Shown here: positions 1 through 8,471 of the stretch, one piece after another | Position numbering within the stretch: the first letter of the stretch is position 1 | How the letters are laid out: every line of letters begins with the position of its first letter | DNA from: an uncultured virus (IMG/VR IMGVR_UViG_2687453592_000007) | Lineage: Duplodnaviria; Heunggongvirae; Uroviricota; Caudoviricetes | Strand: one strand, 5' to 3' | Virus record (IMG/VR): IMGVR_UViG_2687453592_000007 | DNA: 64,000 bases | Notes under the pieces: generated by a model | What the model was told of the DNA's origin: nothing | Seen by the model: only the letters and a program-made list of their open reading frames with translations | Databases searched by the model: none | Translations under genes and position numbers: made by a program

Positions 1-1050
1 CTAAACATTCCGTTTTTGTTCTGTTCGCCTTTTCGTGGCAAGGCCCTCGCCCGTTGAGGGCTTCTTCCGGCGAGCCTGGGCCTCTATGGCGCGCACGCGC
101 TGCCGGATCTGCTGCGTGTAGTGCGCGACCATCTTGGGGCTTTGACCCGTGACCGCGGCCACCAGCTCGTCAGTGCATCCAGCCTCGACCAGTTCGCACG
201 CGGCATTGTACCGCCAACTGTGGATGTCGAAGTCCAGCGCCCCGATATCTTCCCGGATCTTGCGAATGGCCTGCGATGCTCCGCGATAGGACCAGCGGCT
301 GGTTCCGCTTTGGTTCGTCAGCATGAACAGCGACCGGCGCGGCGCCCTGTCCAGCGCCTCCTGAAGCGAAGGCACAATAGGCACCCAAAGCCGCTTGCCG
401 GTCTTGTTCTGTTTGACCGTGATGCCCCCATCCTGGATATCGCCCCATTGCATTTCCAGCACATCGCCGATGCGCTGGCCGGTTCCGAGGCACAGCTCCA
501 TCAGCAGGCGCTCGCGCGCCCCCAGCGGCACGGCAGCACGAAAAGCGTCGATCAGGCTTTGCGGCCATGGCAGGCGCGGATCCGCATCCGCCTTCAGCAA
601 CGACACCCCCTTGGCTGGGTTATCGGTGCGCCAGCCAAGATCGATGCTATGCTCCATCAGAATGCGGATCACCTTCACCGCGTAGTTCGCGAAATAGGGT
701 TTCCCTGCGTTCTCATCGCGCAGGCGTATCACATCCCGACGCCGGAGGTTTGCCGGGTTCAGCGGGCCGAACCGTTCGTCGATGAACGCCGTGAACTTGT
801 CATAGTCCAGCGCCGTGCGGGGCTTCAGGTTCCGGTAACGCGGCGACTGGTGGTAACTGCGGATAAGAGCGGAAAAGTTCCTGCGCAGAACCTTGGCCTG
901 CCCCTCTCCTTTCAGGATAGCAGCGTATTCGGCCCAGAACTCCGGGCTGCCGAAGTCCGACCCGATCTTTTGCGACGGCCACCCACGGCGCTGAAAATAC
1001 AGACCATTTCGCTGCCGGTACACATATTTAGGAAGCTCTCGCTTCGTCAT
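1..1050 (-). CDS. int: Tyrosine recombinase/phage integrase (E1)
   Basis: TGQRIGD (catalytic R), HSWR (HxxR), GQ..MVAHY (catalytic Y); start taken at MTKRELPKY. Confidence 0.95.
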   Translation of the reverse strand: MTKRELPKYVYRQRNGLYFQRRGWPSQKIGSDFGSPEFWAEYAAILKGEGQAKVLRRNFSALIRSYHQSPRYRNLKPRTALDYDKFTAFIDERFGPLNPANLRRRDVIRLRDENAGKPYFANYAVKVIRILMEHSIDLGWRTDNPAKGVSLLKADADPRLPWPQSLIDAFRAAVPLGARERLLMELCLGTGQRIGDVLEMQWGDIQDGGITVKQNKTGKRLWVPIVPSLQEALDRAPRRSLFMLTNQSGTSRWSYRGASQAIRKIREDIGALDFDIHSWRYNAACELVEAGCTDELVAAVTGQSPKMVAHYTQQIRQRVRAIEAQARRKKPSTGEGLATKRRTEQKRNV

Positions 1051-1204
1051 ACCGCATATCCACCCTATCGAACTCGGAAAGGACTTCCTGCTCCGTTTCA
1101 AGCTCGAACTCGATTCGTCTTCCCTCGATCACCACCCGTTTGACAACCCGCCCTTCGGCCTCAAGGGCCCTCAGGTAGTTCAGGGCCCGCTTCTCAGCCG
1201 TCAT
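1028..1204 (-). CDS. Small protein upstream of integrase, putative excisionase/RDF
   Basis: 58 aa, overlaps int start, GGAGG RBS; positional homolog at 32713-32883. Confidence 0.55.
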   Translation of the reverse strand: MTAEKRALNYLRALEAEGRVVKRVVIEGRRIEFELETEQEVLSEFDRVDMRYDEARAS

Positions 1205-1313
1205 GGCGTCCTCCCGGCTCGGCTCGTACTGCCGCGACGGCCCCAATGTCGCAGTATCCACGCTGCGCTGGCATGTGCAGATCGAGGGGCGGTAGCTGGT
1301 GGATGTCAGACAT
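1194..1313 (-). CDS. Conserved 39-aa peptide (MSDIHQLPPLDLHM...GYCDI)
   Basis: Overlaps both neighbours; frame and N-terminal 23 codons conserved at 32880-33005. Confidence 0.4.
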   Translation of the reverse strand: MSDIHQLPPLDLHMPAQRGYCDIGAVAAVRAEPGGRHDG

Positions 1314-1827
1314 CGGGTTTTCCTTCCTTCATGGCGCAATCGACCAACTCGGCGATGGCGTCGCGGAAAGCCTTGTCGGCGGGGTCTTCGACCGGCTTCG
1401 GAAAGGCGTCCGAGGCCCGGCAGATACCGCCGCCGCATCCCTGCCCCTCGGTCACCAGCTCGCCGCAGGCGGGGCAGATCCGGGGCTCGGCTGGCGGTTG
1501 CCCGGCCTCCGGATCGCCCAGCAGAAGCCGCTCCGCGCGGCGCGGATCGTTGGCCAGGCGCAGCCGCCAGCAGAGCTTGACGGCGGCCATCACGCCCGCG
1601 CGGTAGCGCAGATCCTCGCCGAGCTCGGCCTCGATCCGGTCGAGCCCCCAGCGCAGCGCGCGCTCGATGTCCGGCGCCCAGCTGCCGCCCAGCAACGCGC
1701 TGCGGATCAGGTCGCGGCCGAAGAGCCGGATCACGTCCTTGCAGTCATCGCGGATGATCAGCCGGGCCTCGGCCGGGGTGACCTCGGCATTGAACCGGCC
1801 TAAGCTGCGGATGAAGGTCTCAGCCAT
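1306..1827 (-). CDS. Hypothetical phage protein with C-terminal CxxC..CxxxxC motif
   Basis: ORF in early leftward operon; homologous to C-terminal part of 32998-33825. Confidence 0.65.
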   Translation of the reverse strand: MAETFIRSLGRFNAEVTPAEARLIIRDDCKDVIRLFGRDLIRSALLGGSWAPDIERALRWGLDRIEAELGEDLRYRAGVMAAVKLCWRLRLANDPRRAERLLLGDPEAGQPPAEPRICPACGELVTEGQGCGGGICRASDAFPKPVEDPADKAFRDAIAELVDCAMKEGKPDV

Positions 1828-2254
1828 CGCTTCGATCCTCATGGTGACTGGCGATATCAATGGCCCGGTCGAGATCCTCCTGGTTCAAGGCGATGTTTTC
1901 AGGCGTTTTGCCCGCGAAGACGCCCCCGGCATGGATCGTTTCCAGATCGCGGCTGCGCAGCCACCGATACCGCCTTGCGCCCTCCCGCAGTTGGTCGACC
2001 TCGGCGCGGAGCCGGTCGCATTCGGCCTCGGCGGCTTCGGCCCGGGCGCGCAGCGCAGTCAGCATTTCCAGGCAATAGCGATCCGCACTGTCGACGATGT
2101 CGTCGTCGACATAGCGGTGAAACGCGCAATCGCGTTCGCTGTCGCCCTCAAATCGCGGGATGGTCGCATGCACCGAAAAGACGTGCCTGCCATCTGCATC
2201 ATCCGGATCGGATTGGGCGGCCCAGATTTCGCGGGGCCATTGGGTCTCGGCCAT
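1820..2254 (-). CDS. Hypothetical phage protein (MAETQWPREIW..., coiled-coil)
   Basis: Overlapping start/stop with neighbours; N-terminus shared with 32998-33825. Confidence 0.65.
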   Translation of the reverse strand: MAETQWPREIWAAQSDPDDADGRHVFSVHATIPRFEGDSERDCAFHRYVDDDIVDSADRYCLEMLTALRARAEAAEAECDRLRAEVDQLREGARRYRWLRSRDLETIHAGGVFAGKTPENIALNQEDLDRAIDIASHHEDRSDG

Positions 2255-2967
2255 CACGCGGCCTCCTTTCCTGCTTGCCCGCCCCATTGGTCCGCCGCAG
2301 CAGCGGCGAGACCCTCGAAGGTGCGGGATCTGATCTTCCAGCGGTCGGGTCCGGGCGGGGCCCGGTGGACCGCGCTCCAGCGCTTGTGCGCCTCGGTGCC
2401 GGGCGCGGGCGGGGTCAGCCGGTTGGTGGCGCTCAGCGGCGCGAGCCCGCGCAGATAGAGCCCGGTCGCCTTGAAGACCGGCTCGCCGAACCACCAGGGC
2501 TGGACGATCTGCGGCTTCGGCAGATCGGCCGGCAGCCGCGCGCGCCCGTGCCGGTGCATCACCGGGTTCTCGACCGCCACACGCGGGATCGGGGCGCGCC
2601 AGCAGGCCGAGAACAACGCGGCGCCCTCGTCGAGCAACCGCCACATGATCGCGCGGCGGGTGTCCTCGGGCAGGTCCGGCCAGGCGGCGCGTTCGTCCGG
2701 GTGCGCCTCGGCCGGGGCGTTGGTCGGCGGCACATGCAGCCAGCGCACGCCCGAATTGCAGAGCCGGGTGCAGGGCGGATGCATTACCGCGAGCAGATCC
2801 CAGCCGAGGTGAAGCACCTCGCGGATATCGCAGATCATGTGCCGGTTGGTGGCATCCTCGGCCGGAAGCAGGTCGCAGGACCAGACATCGTGCCCGCGCG
2901 CGGCGAAGGCCCGGCGCATCACGCCCGAGGTCTCGCAGCCGATCAGGATGCGGAGGAGAGATGTCAT
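2254..2967 (-). CDS. Phage DNA cytosine-methyltransferase-like protein
   Basis: N-terminal SAM-binding-like LIGCETSG, HPPCT (PC) and VENP motifs; copy at 33825-34535. Confidence 0.7.
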   Translation of the reverse strand: MTSLLRILIGCETSGVMRRAFAARGHDVWSCDLLPAEDATNRHMICDIREVLHLGWDLLAVMHPPCTRLCNSGVRWLHVPPTNAPAEAHPDERAAWPDLPEDTRRAIMWRLLDEGAALFSACWRAPIPRVAVENPVMHRHGRARLPADLPKPQIVQPWWFGEPVFKATGLYLRGLAPLSATNRLTPPAPGTEAHKRWSAVHRAPPGPDRWKIRSRTFEGLAAAAADQWGGQAGKEAA

Positions 2968-3809
2968 TTCAGCCCTCCGAAGAGCGGCAGTGCGGGATCG
3001 AAGTTCATCCACAAAACCTCGGTCCTCGGCCGTGCGCCGTCAGCAAAAGCCGACCGCTCGATCCGGTGCCAGTCCGCAAGCGCACGGTCGTAGCGGGGCG
3101 AGGCATAGCCCGACAGGACCACCGCGCCCTGCAGTGCGCCAAGCATCGCCAGCAGGTCGTCATGGTCGGTTTCGGACATTTCGTGGGTGTAGTCGGCCCC
3201 GGCATCGCGGGTTTCGGGCAGATAGGGCGGATCGAGATAGAAGAGCGTCGACGGCCCGTCCTGCGCCGCGATCACGTCTAGCGCCGGCCGGCGTTCGATC
3301 ACGACGCCACGGAGCCGCTCAGCCACCTCGCGCAGAACCGGCGGAAAGCATCGCCAGTTTTCCGGTGGGGTCGTTCCCGTGCGCAGACCGCGGGCGCGAA
3401 ATCCGGTTTTCTGGTGCCCGCCGCGACCGCAAGCCCCGGCGTTGGAAAAGCCCATATGCGAACGCAGGAGCAGCCGCAGGCTGAGATCGATCTCGTCTTT
3501 CGGGCCCTGAGACAAATCCTGTGCGGCGTCGAACTCGGCGCGGGCGAAAGGCATCAATTCGACCCGGCGGATCAACTCGTCGGGGGCATCGCGCAGGACG
3601 CGGAACAAGGCGACCACTGCGCCGTCGAGATCATTGTAGACATCGAGTTTGGCGCGCGGCTTGCGCAGCAGTACCGAAGCACCGCCTCCGAAGGGCTCGA
3701 CATAGCACTCATGCGGGGGGAATTGGGCGACGATCCATGGCGCGATGCGCCATTTGCCGCCATGCCAGCGCAGCAAGGGGCGTGAGACGCTCATATCCAT
3801 GATGCTCAT
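2964..3809 (-). CDS. Dam-family (D12 class) N6-adenine DNA methyltransferase
   Basis: WHGGK, YVEPFGGGASV, YNDLD and YLDPPY motifs. Confidence 0.9.
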   Translation of the reverse strand: MSIMDMSVSRPLLRWHGGKWRIAPWIVAQFPPHECYVEPFGGGASVLLRKPRAKLDVYNDLDGAVVALFRVLRDAPDELIRRVELMPFARAEFDAAQDLSQGPKDEIDLSLRLLLRSHMGFSNAGACGRGGHQKTGFRARGLRTGTTPPENWRCFPPVLREVAERLRGVVIERRPALDVIAAQDGPSTLFYLDPPYLPETRDAGADYTHEMSETDHDDLLAMLGALQGAVVLSGYASPRYDRALADWHRIERSAFADGARPRTEVLWMNFDPALPLFGGLK

Positions 3810-4033
3810 GCGGCACCCCCTGCCCGGGCCTGCGCGGCCAGGGCGCCGAGGGTGACGGCACGGCCCTGCAGCCGCTCGGCCCGGGCGAAGGCGGCGCGGG
3901 CGAGCAGCGGCTTGCCGTCCCGCACGCTTGATTTCGCGGCGACGCGGGCGGTATTGGCTTGCGCGCGGGCGGCGGCAGCCTCGGCGGCAAGCCGGTCGGC
4001 GATCTGCGGGGCAATGGCGAGGATCGCGGCCAT
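3806..4033 (-). CDS. Hypothetical Ala-rich phage protein
   Basis: Coupled ORF; copy at 34792-35019. Confidence 0.55.
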   Translation of the reverse strand: MAAILAIAPQIADRLAAEAAAARAQANTARVAAKSSVRDGKPLLARAAFARAERLQGRAVTLGALAAQARAGGAA

Positions 4034-4185
4034 CAGAGGCTGGCCTTCGCGATCCGGGCCAGCATGAGCCCGCCCCCGGCCGAGCCGATGAAGGCAAGGC
4101 CGATGAACAGGCCAAGCAGCGCATCGCGCCAGGTGCCGAAGCCGTAAGTTGCAGGAAGGTCTGGGATTTTGGGGATGCGGGGCAT
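4033..4185 (-). CDS. Small single-TM protein
   Basis: GGAGG RBS, hydrophobic segment; identical protein at 35019-35171. Confidence 0.55.
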   Translation of the reverse strand: MPRIPKIPDLPATYGFGTWRDALLGLFIGLAFIGSAGGGLMLARIAKASL

Positions 4186-4242
4186 GGTGTCCTCCGGGTC
4201 TGGGCATGGGATGCCCGCCCGCGCGGGGCGGGGCACCGATGC

Positions 4243-4524
4243 TCAGGTGTCGGAGCTTTCGCCGCCCTCGCCCTCGCCTTCGCCGGAACCTTCGCCATCG
4301 TCGGACGCGGCGGGGTCACGGTCATTGCCGGTGGGGGCGGTGTAATAGACGCAGCCCGGCGCGTTGCTGCGCTGGAAGGCATTGGTGCCATTGATCGGCG
4401 CGAAGCAATCCGGGGCGGAGGCAGGCGACACGGCGGTCGCCTGATCTTCCGTGGTGTCGGTCGCGGCAAGCGCGGGTGCGGCCAGCAGGGCCAGTGCGCT
4501 GGCGGTGGTCAGGATGGTCTTCAT
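4243..4524 (-). CDS. Small secreted protein (signal peptide, two Cys, acidic Gly-rich tail); first gene of leftward operon
   Basis: MKTILTTASALALLAAPALA signal; GGAGG RBS; homolog at 35229-35501. Confidence 0.7.
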   Translation of the reverse strand: MKTILTTASALALLAAPALAATDTTEDQATAVSPASAPDCFAPINGTNAFQRSNAPGCVYYTAPTGNDRDPAASDDGEGSGEGEGEGGESSDT

Positions 4525-4550
4525 GGAGTCCTCCATCGTGGGCTTCGATG

Positions 4551-4608
4551 GGGTATCTCTAGATGGGGAAAATAATCCCCGTCAACCAAAAAGGGGATAA
4601 AAGTACCT
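4551..4608 (-). promoter_or_regulatory. E1 leftward promoter/operator (oL-like)
   Basis: Palindromes GGGGAAAATAATCCCC (4565-4580) and GGGGATAAAAGTACCT (4593-4608) flank a minus-strand TTGACG; same motif as at 5381-5460. Confidence 0.6.
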
Positions 4609-4746
4609 GTTGGCTCTTCGCGGCATCACTCATGCAGAATCAGCCGCGCTGCTGGCGGCCACCAGAAGCAAACGCTCCCTTCGTATCGACTGACTGGATA
4701 TCTGGCTGGCAGCTAGCGGTGGGCTAGTGCCCGCGTGATGGGCGTC

Positions 4747-5382
4747 TCAGAGCTTCTTGGCGAGATCCGCAGGCCAATGCAGCCTGATAGGTGCAGCCCA
4801 CTTAAGCCGCACCCCGTACATGGTCGGGGATTGGTCGTTGAAGCTGTGCAAATCGAATGTTCCAGGCTCGCGCCCCAGTCTTATTACCTTCGCCCACCCC
4901 AAACCCTCCTCGCACTCGCACACACAGCGCTTGCCAACGGCTTCCGAGGGTACGCCGTCTGCGGTGTGACGCGTGTAGAAGAGAATATCTCCAGCAGAAT
5001 AAACGGGTTCCATGCTGTCGCCCTCGACCTCGACGGCCACGACGCCATGAGGGGAAAGACCCGGCGGGCACTCGACTTGCGGCCCACCACCCTTCTCGTA
5101 TGCATCAAACACCGGCACGCGCGCGCCCGCTCCGACCTTGCCTGCGATGGAGACGGTCCAGGGGGTGGCGGTGGATATGTTCCCGCCCAAGAACTCCTCA
5201 ACCGTCACCCCGAAATGCTCGGCAACACGCACTGCGTCATCCACATTCGTCGATGCGCTATTGCCTCGGAAGAGCTTCTTGAGCTGCTCATAGGAGACGC
5301 CCGATTGTGTAGCGACATTGCGGACCGATTGGCCGCTCTGCTCGATGGCTCGAAGGAAGGCGTCTCTGAATGATTGGCGCAT
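4747..5382 (-). CDS. cI: CI-like repressor: HTH plus S24 (LexA-type) autopeptidase
   Basis: N-terminal HTH; GKVGAG cleavage-type site, GDSMEP Ser and WAKVI Lys; divergent from cro-like gene. Confidence 0.9.
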   Translation of the reverse strand: MRQSFRDAFLRAIEQSGQSVRNVATQSGVSYEQLKKLFRGNSASTNVDDAVRVAEHFGVTVEEFLGGNISTATPWTVSIAGKVGAGARVPVFDAYEKGGGPQVECPPGLSPHGVVAVEVEGDSMEPVYSAGDILFYTRHTADGVPSEAVGKRCVCECEEGLGWAKVIRLGREPGTFDLHSFNDQSPTMYGVRLKWAAPIRLHWPADLAKKL

Positions 5383-5460
5383 GGGGAGATTTTACCCCAT
5401 GTGGACGGCGCGGAAACGGGGACGTTTTTCCCTTGACGATAGGGGAATATTGTCCCTATT
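5381..5460. promoter_or_regulatory. E1 oR-like region with three operators and rightward -35 TTGACG (5433-5438)
   Basis: ATGGGGAGATTTTACCCCAT, GGGGACGTTTTTCCCT and GGGGAATATTGTCCCT between divergent cI and cro. Confidence 0.7.
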
Positions 5461-5469
5461 CGTTGAGCC

Positions 5470-5682
5470 ATGGAACAGTTGATCGTCGATATCGAGGCCT
5501 ACGCGGCCGCAGTCCAGAAAACACCGCAAAAGATACTTCGGGACGCGATTGGTGCGAGTTGGGGGCAGTGGGCTTCCTGGAAGTCGGGAAAGGCAAGCCC
5601 AACGCTTCGCGTTGTCGACCGCCTTCGCGCTTTCATGGCCGCGAACCCAGCTCCTGCCAAGCAGGAGGACCCCGCATGCTGA
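5470..5682 (+). CDS. Cro-like HTH regulator (E1)
   Basis: 70 aa, divergent from CI, W..GK.SPTL motif. Confidence 0.75.
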   Translation: MEQLIVDIEAYAAAVQKTPQKILRDAIGASWGQWASWKSGKASPTLRVVDRLRAFMAANPAPAKQEDPAC

Positions 5683-6029
5683 CGACGTCCACACCTCCGA
5701 TTTCAAACCCAAACCCTTTCGCACGGATCAACCATACGGGGGCCGTCATGCAAAAGTCCTTCCAGAAGTTCCGCGACCCGCAGGAGCGGGAGCGGAAGTG
5801 GTTCGCCTCGCTGCTTTGGCGGTCATTCCCCGAAGCGACCAGCGAGGCCCAACTGGCCGATCTTGTGGCCGAGGCGCTGAACACGGCGCATCGGCCGGTG
5901 AACCCGCGCACGGTGCGGAACTGGCTGCGTTCCGAGAACGCGCCGGGGCTGCATTACGTCGTGGCAGTGCTGGCGCTTGCGGGCGCCGAGACAGTCTTCG
6001 AACTCTTCGACCCGGAGCAAACGGCATGA
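5676..6029 (+). CDS. CII-position HTH protein
   Basis: PRTVRNWLRSENAP helix-turn-helix; follows cro; homolog at 36377-36769. Confidence 0.65.
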   Translation: MLTTSTPPISNPNPFARINHTGAVMQKSFQKFRDPQERERKWFASLLWRSFPEATSEAQLADLVAEALNTAHRPVNPRTVRNWLRSENAPGLHYVVAVLALAGAETVFELFDPEQTA

Positions 6030-6166
6030 CACTGGCAATTCGGATCTACTGGCGTATCGCCGGACGCTTCAACCAGGTGCGCGCGGGCAGAGCCCGCGCC
6101 GCAGCCCGGATTTTCGAGGCGCGTGCGGAAAAGTTTTTGGCACGTTTCAAGGGGAGCCGGACATGA
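6026..6166 (+). CDS. Small basic hypothetical protein
   Basis: ATGA overlaps at both ends; copy at 36766-36906. Confidence 0.55.
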   Translation: MTLAIRIYWRIAGRFNQVRAGRARAAARIFEARAEKFLARFKGSRT

Positions 6167-6444
6167 CCGGCCCGACCGTTTCGCTCACCAGCCCGAACGG
6201 GGTGACGACCGTCCCGATCCCGCTCGATACCTTCACCGCCCCGCCGCGGCTGCCGATGAAGGAAACCGCCGAGGACGAGGCGGTGCGCGACCGGACTTAC
6301 CGGGTCGTGGCTGACGTTCTGCGCGGCTTCATCGAGCGCTTCGAGGCGCTGCGTCGGCTCATCGCGCTACGCAAGCGGCATGCCGAGGACATCGCCGAGA
6401 AAGAGGTGTTGCTGCAGATCTATCGCAAGGCCCTGGGGATGTGA
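6163..6444 (+). pseudogene. Internally deleted GapR/DUF2312 homolog
   Basis: Matches C-terminal part of 37292-37918 but lacks 28 internal residues (AEEKAQ...YDIKAL) and the FtsK-gamma domain. Confidence 0.75.
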
Positions 6445-6986
6445 TGGCCACGCGGGTTCACACCGATCTGACGATCCGCGGCACGACCTATCCGGATGCG
6501 GCCAGCGCCGCCCGTGCGCTGGGGGTGACGCCCGAGGCGATCCGCTCGGCCGCGCGCAAGGGGCGGCTCGACCGGGTGGGCACGGGCCGCAAGGGGCTGG
6601 CGCCGATGCCGGTGCGGATCCGGGGCGAGGTCTTCACTGACGCCCATGCCGCCGCCGCCCGCTTCGGGGTGACGCCGCAGGCGGTCTGGCGGGCGCTGGC
6701 CGATGGCGATCCCGACCGGATCGGCCGGCCGCAGCGCCGCCCCGGGCGAGCCCCGAAACCCTTCGAGATCGGGGGCTTGCGCTTTGCCTCGCAGCGCAAG
6801 GCGAGCCGCGCGCTGGGGTTCTCGGACGACTATCTCTCCCATGCCCTGACCCGGGGCGGTCGCGCCGCCCGGGAACGCATTCTGGCCGCCGCGATGGCGC
6901 TGAGCGCCCGGCAGGCCAGCCCCCGCAAATCGTTACCGAACGGGCCTGCGCGCCCGGAACCGATGGAGGAGCTTCATCATGGATAG
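6444..6986 (+). CDS. DNA-binding protein with three tandem NUMOD1-like HTH repeats
   Basis: Three repeats of IxGxx(Y/F)...AxxA(L/F)G; copy at 37918-38460. Confidence 0.6.
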   Translation: MATRVHTDLTIRGTTYPDAASAARALGVTPEAIRSAARKGRLDRVGTGRKGLAPMPVRIRGEVFTDAHAAAARFGVTPQAVWRALADGDPDRIGRPQRRPGRAPKPFEIGGLRFASQRKASRALGFSDDYLSHALTRGGRAARERILAAAMALSARQASPRKSLPNGPARPEPMEELHHG

Positions 6987-7022
6987 CACGGACCTGACGC
7001 GCCCGGACCGGGTGCCCGCGTG

Positions 7023-7640
7023 ATGGCCGCGCCTCGCCACCTGGCCCCGGTCGAGACCGGCGGGCTGCCGGACTACCCGATCTCCAGCGAGGACCGGCTC
7101 GATTCCCATTTCTTCGTGCAGTGGAACCTCAAGCGCTGGCGCAAGAGCGAGTTCCGCCAGCTGGCCGAGCCCGAGGTCGGCTGGTACGGCTTCCTGCTGA
7201 TCTGCGAGGCCCATGACGAGACCCCGGTGGGCACGCTGCCGACCGACGAGCGGCTGCTGGCCAAGGCGCTGGGGATCACGGTCGACCGCTGGCACCAGCT
7301 TTGCGAGCGCGAGATGACGCCGCTGCATGGCTGGTCGCGGGTGCGCTGCGACAATGGCGAGATCCGGCTGGCGCATCCGGTGGTGACCGAGGTCGCGGTC
7401 GAGGCGCTGGCCAGCAGCCGCCGCAACCGCGCCGAGGCCGAACAGCGCCGCCGCAACAAGCGGCTCAAGGATCTGCGCGAGATGATCGAAAAGCGGATCG
7501 GGGCCGGGCAGCTTCTGCGCGCGCCGCAATTCCTCGACCGCTTCGATGACTGGCTGGCCGAGCGCTATCCCGAGACCCAGCGCCGCGAGGGCTTCATCCG
7601 CCGGGCGCTGGACGAGTTCAGCGCGGAGATGGCCCGATGA
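7023..7640 (+). CDS. Putative replication initiator (DUF1376/YdaU-like)
   Basis: PVGTLPTDERLLA and LAHPVVTEVA motifs; immediately followed by iteron cluster; copy at 38497-39114. Confidence 0.65.
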   Translation: MAAPRHLAPVETGGLPDYPISSEDRLDSHFFVQWNLKRWRKSEFRQLAEPEVGWYGFLLICEAHDETPVGTLPTDERLLAKALGITVDRWHQLCEREMTPLHGWSRVRCDNGEIRLAHPVVTEVAVEALASSRRNRAEAEQRRRNKRLKDLREMIEKRIGAGQLLRAPQFLDRFDDWLAERYPETQRREGFIRRALDEFSAEMAR

Positions 7641-7657
7641 ACCGGCCAGGGTCGATC

Positions 7658-7790
7658 CGTGACATTCCGTTACCGTCACAGAATATTCCGGAACAATCAC
7701 GGAAAATCACGGAACCGACCGGGAAAGTCACGGAACATTCCGTGTTTCCGCCGGGCCGTCCCCTTTTTTTGCGCCGTTTCCGTCACCGCT
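7658..7790. repeat. Iteron cluster, putative replication origin (E1)
   Basis: Repeated TCACGGAA / inverted TTCCGT units and a T-tract; essentially identical at 39132-39264. Confidence 0.65.
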
Positions 7791-7898
7791 GAAAGGAGAG
7801 GAAACGAGAAGAGACGAGAAGAGACACCCCGGTCGCGCCGCCCCGGACGGGGGCGCGCGGCAGGCAGGCGGGGCGAGGCTGAGAAGAAGGGAGCCGAG

Positions 7899-8471
7899 AT
7901 GGATGCGAGGGAACAGGCCGAGGGCGAGAAGCGGGTGCGGGATCTGCTGGTCGAGCCCCTGCTGCGGCGGGGGCTGGTGAAGCCCGGGGCGATGACCAAG
8001 GCGCAGTTCGAGGAGATGCTGGCGGATCTGGCCAAGCGGCTGGCCTATATGAGCGGGCCGAACCTGGCCGCGCTCGAGGAGATGGCGGCGGCCCAGCCCG
8101 GCGGCAAGGACCGCGACCGCTTCCCGATCGCCAATGCGATCCTGAAGGCGGCGGCGCAGATCCAGCCGCCCGCCGACGACGCCTCGCCGCTGATCCGGGC
8201 GGTCTTTGCCCATGCGGTGGGGCGGCAGGCGCTGGCCGAAGGCTGGGCGCCGGAACTCCTGGACGATCTGCGCCACAACCGCCGCTGGCCGCGCAGCTAT
8301 GCGCTGGGGCAGATCCGCCAGGCGGCGGGCGAGGCACTGCGCCGCCACGCGCATCTGGCGGGCGCCGGTCCCGGGCAGCTCTCCCCGGCCGAGGCCGCCT
8401 GGCTGCGGGACCGCGAGGCCCGCCTCGCCCACTGCCGCAGCATCGCCGATCTCGCGGGGGCCTCGGCATGA
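7899..8471 (+). CDS. Conserved phage replication-region protein
   Basis: AAGGGAG RBS; copy at 39373-39945. Confidence 0.7.
   Translation: MDAREQAEGEKRVRDLLVEPLLRRGLVKPGAMTKAQFEEMLADLAKRLAYMSGPNLAALEEMAAAQPGGKDRDRFPIANAILKAAAQIQPPADDASPLIRAVFAHAVGRQALAEGWAPELLDDLRHNRRWPRSYALGQIRQAAGEALRRHAHLAGAGPGQLSPAEAAWLRDREARLAHCRSIADLAGASA

Noticed and set aside
7658..7790. CRISPR array
   Set aside because: Repeats are ~8 bp, irregularly spaced and partly inverted next to a replication gene (iterons); no repeat-spacer array or cas genes anywhere in the window.
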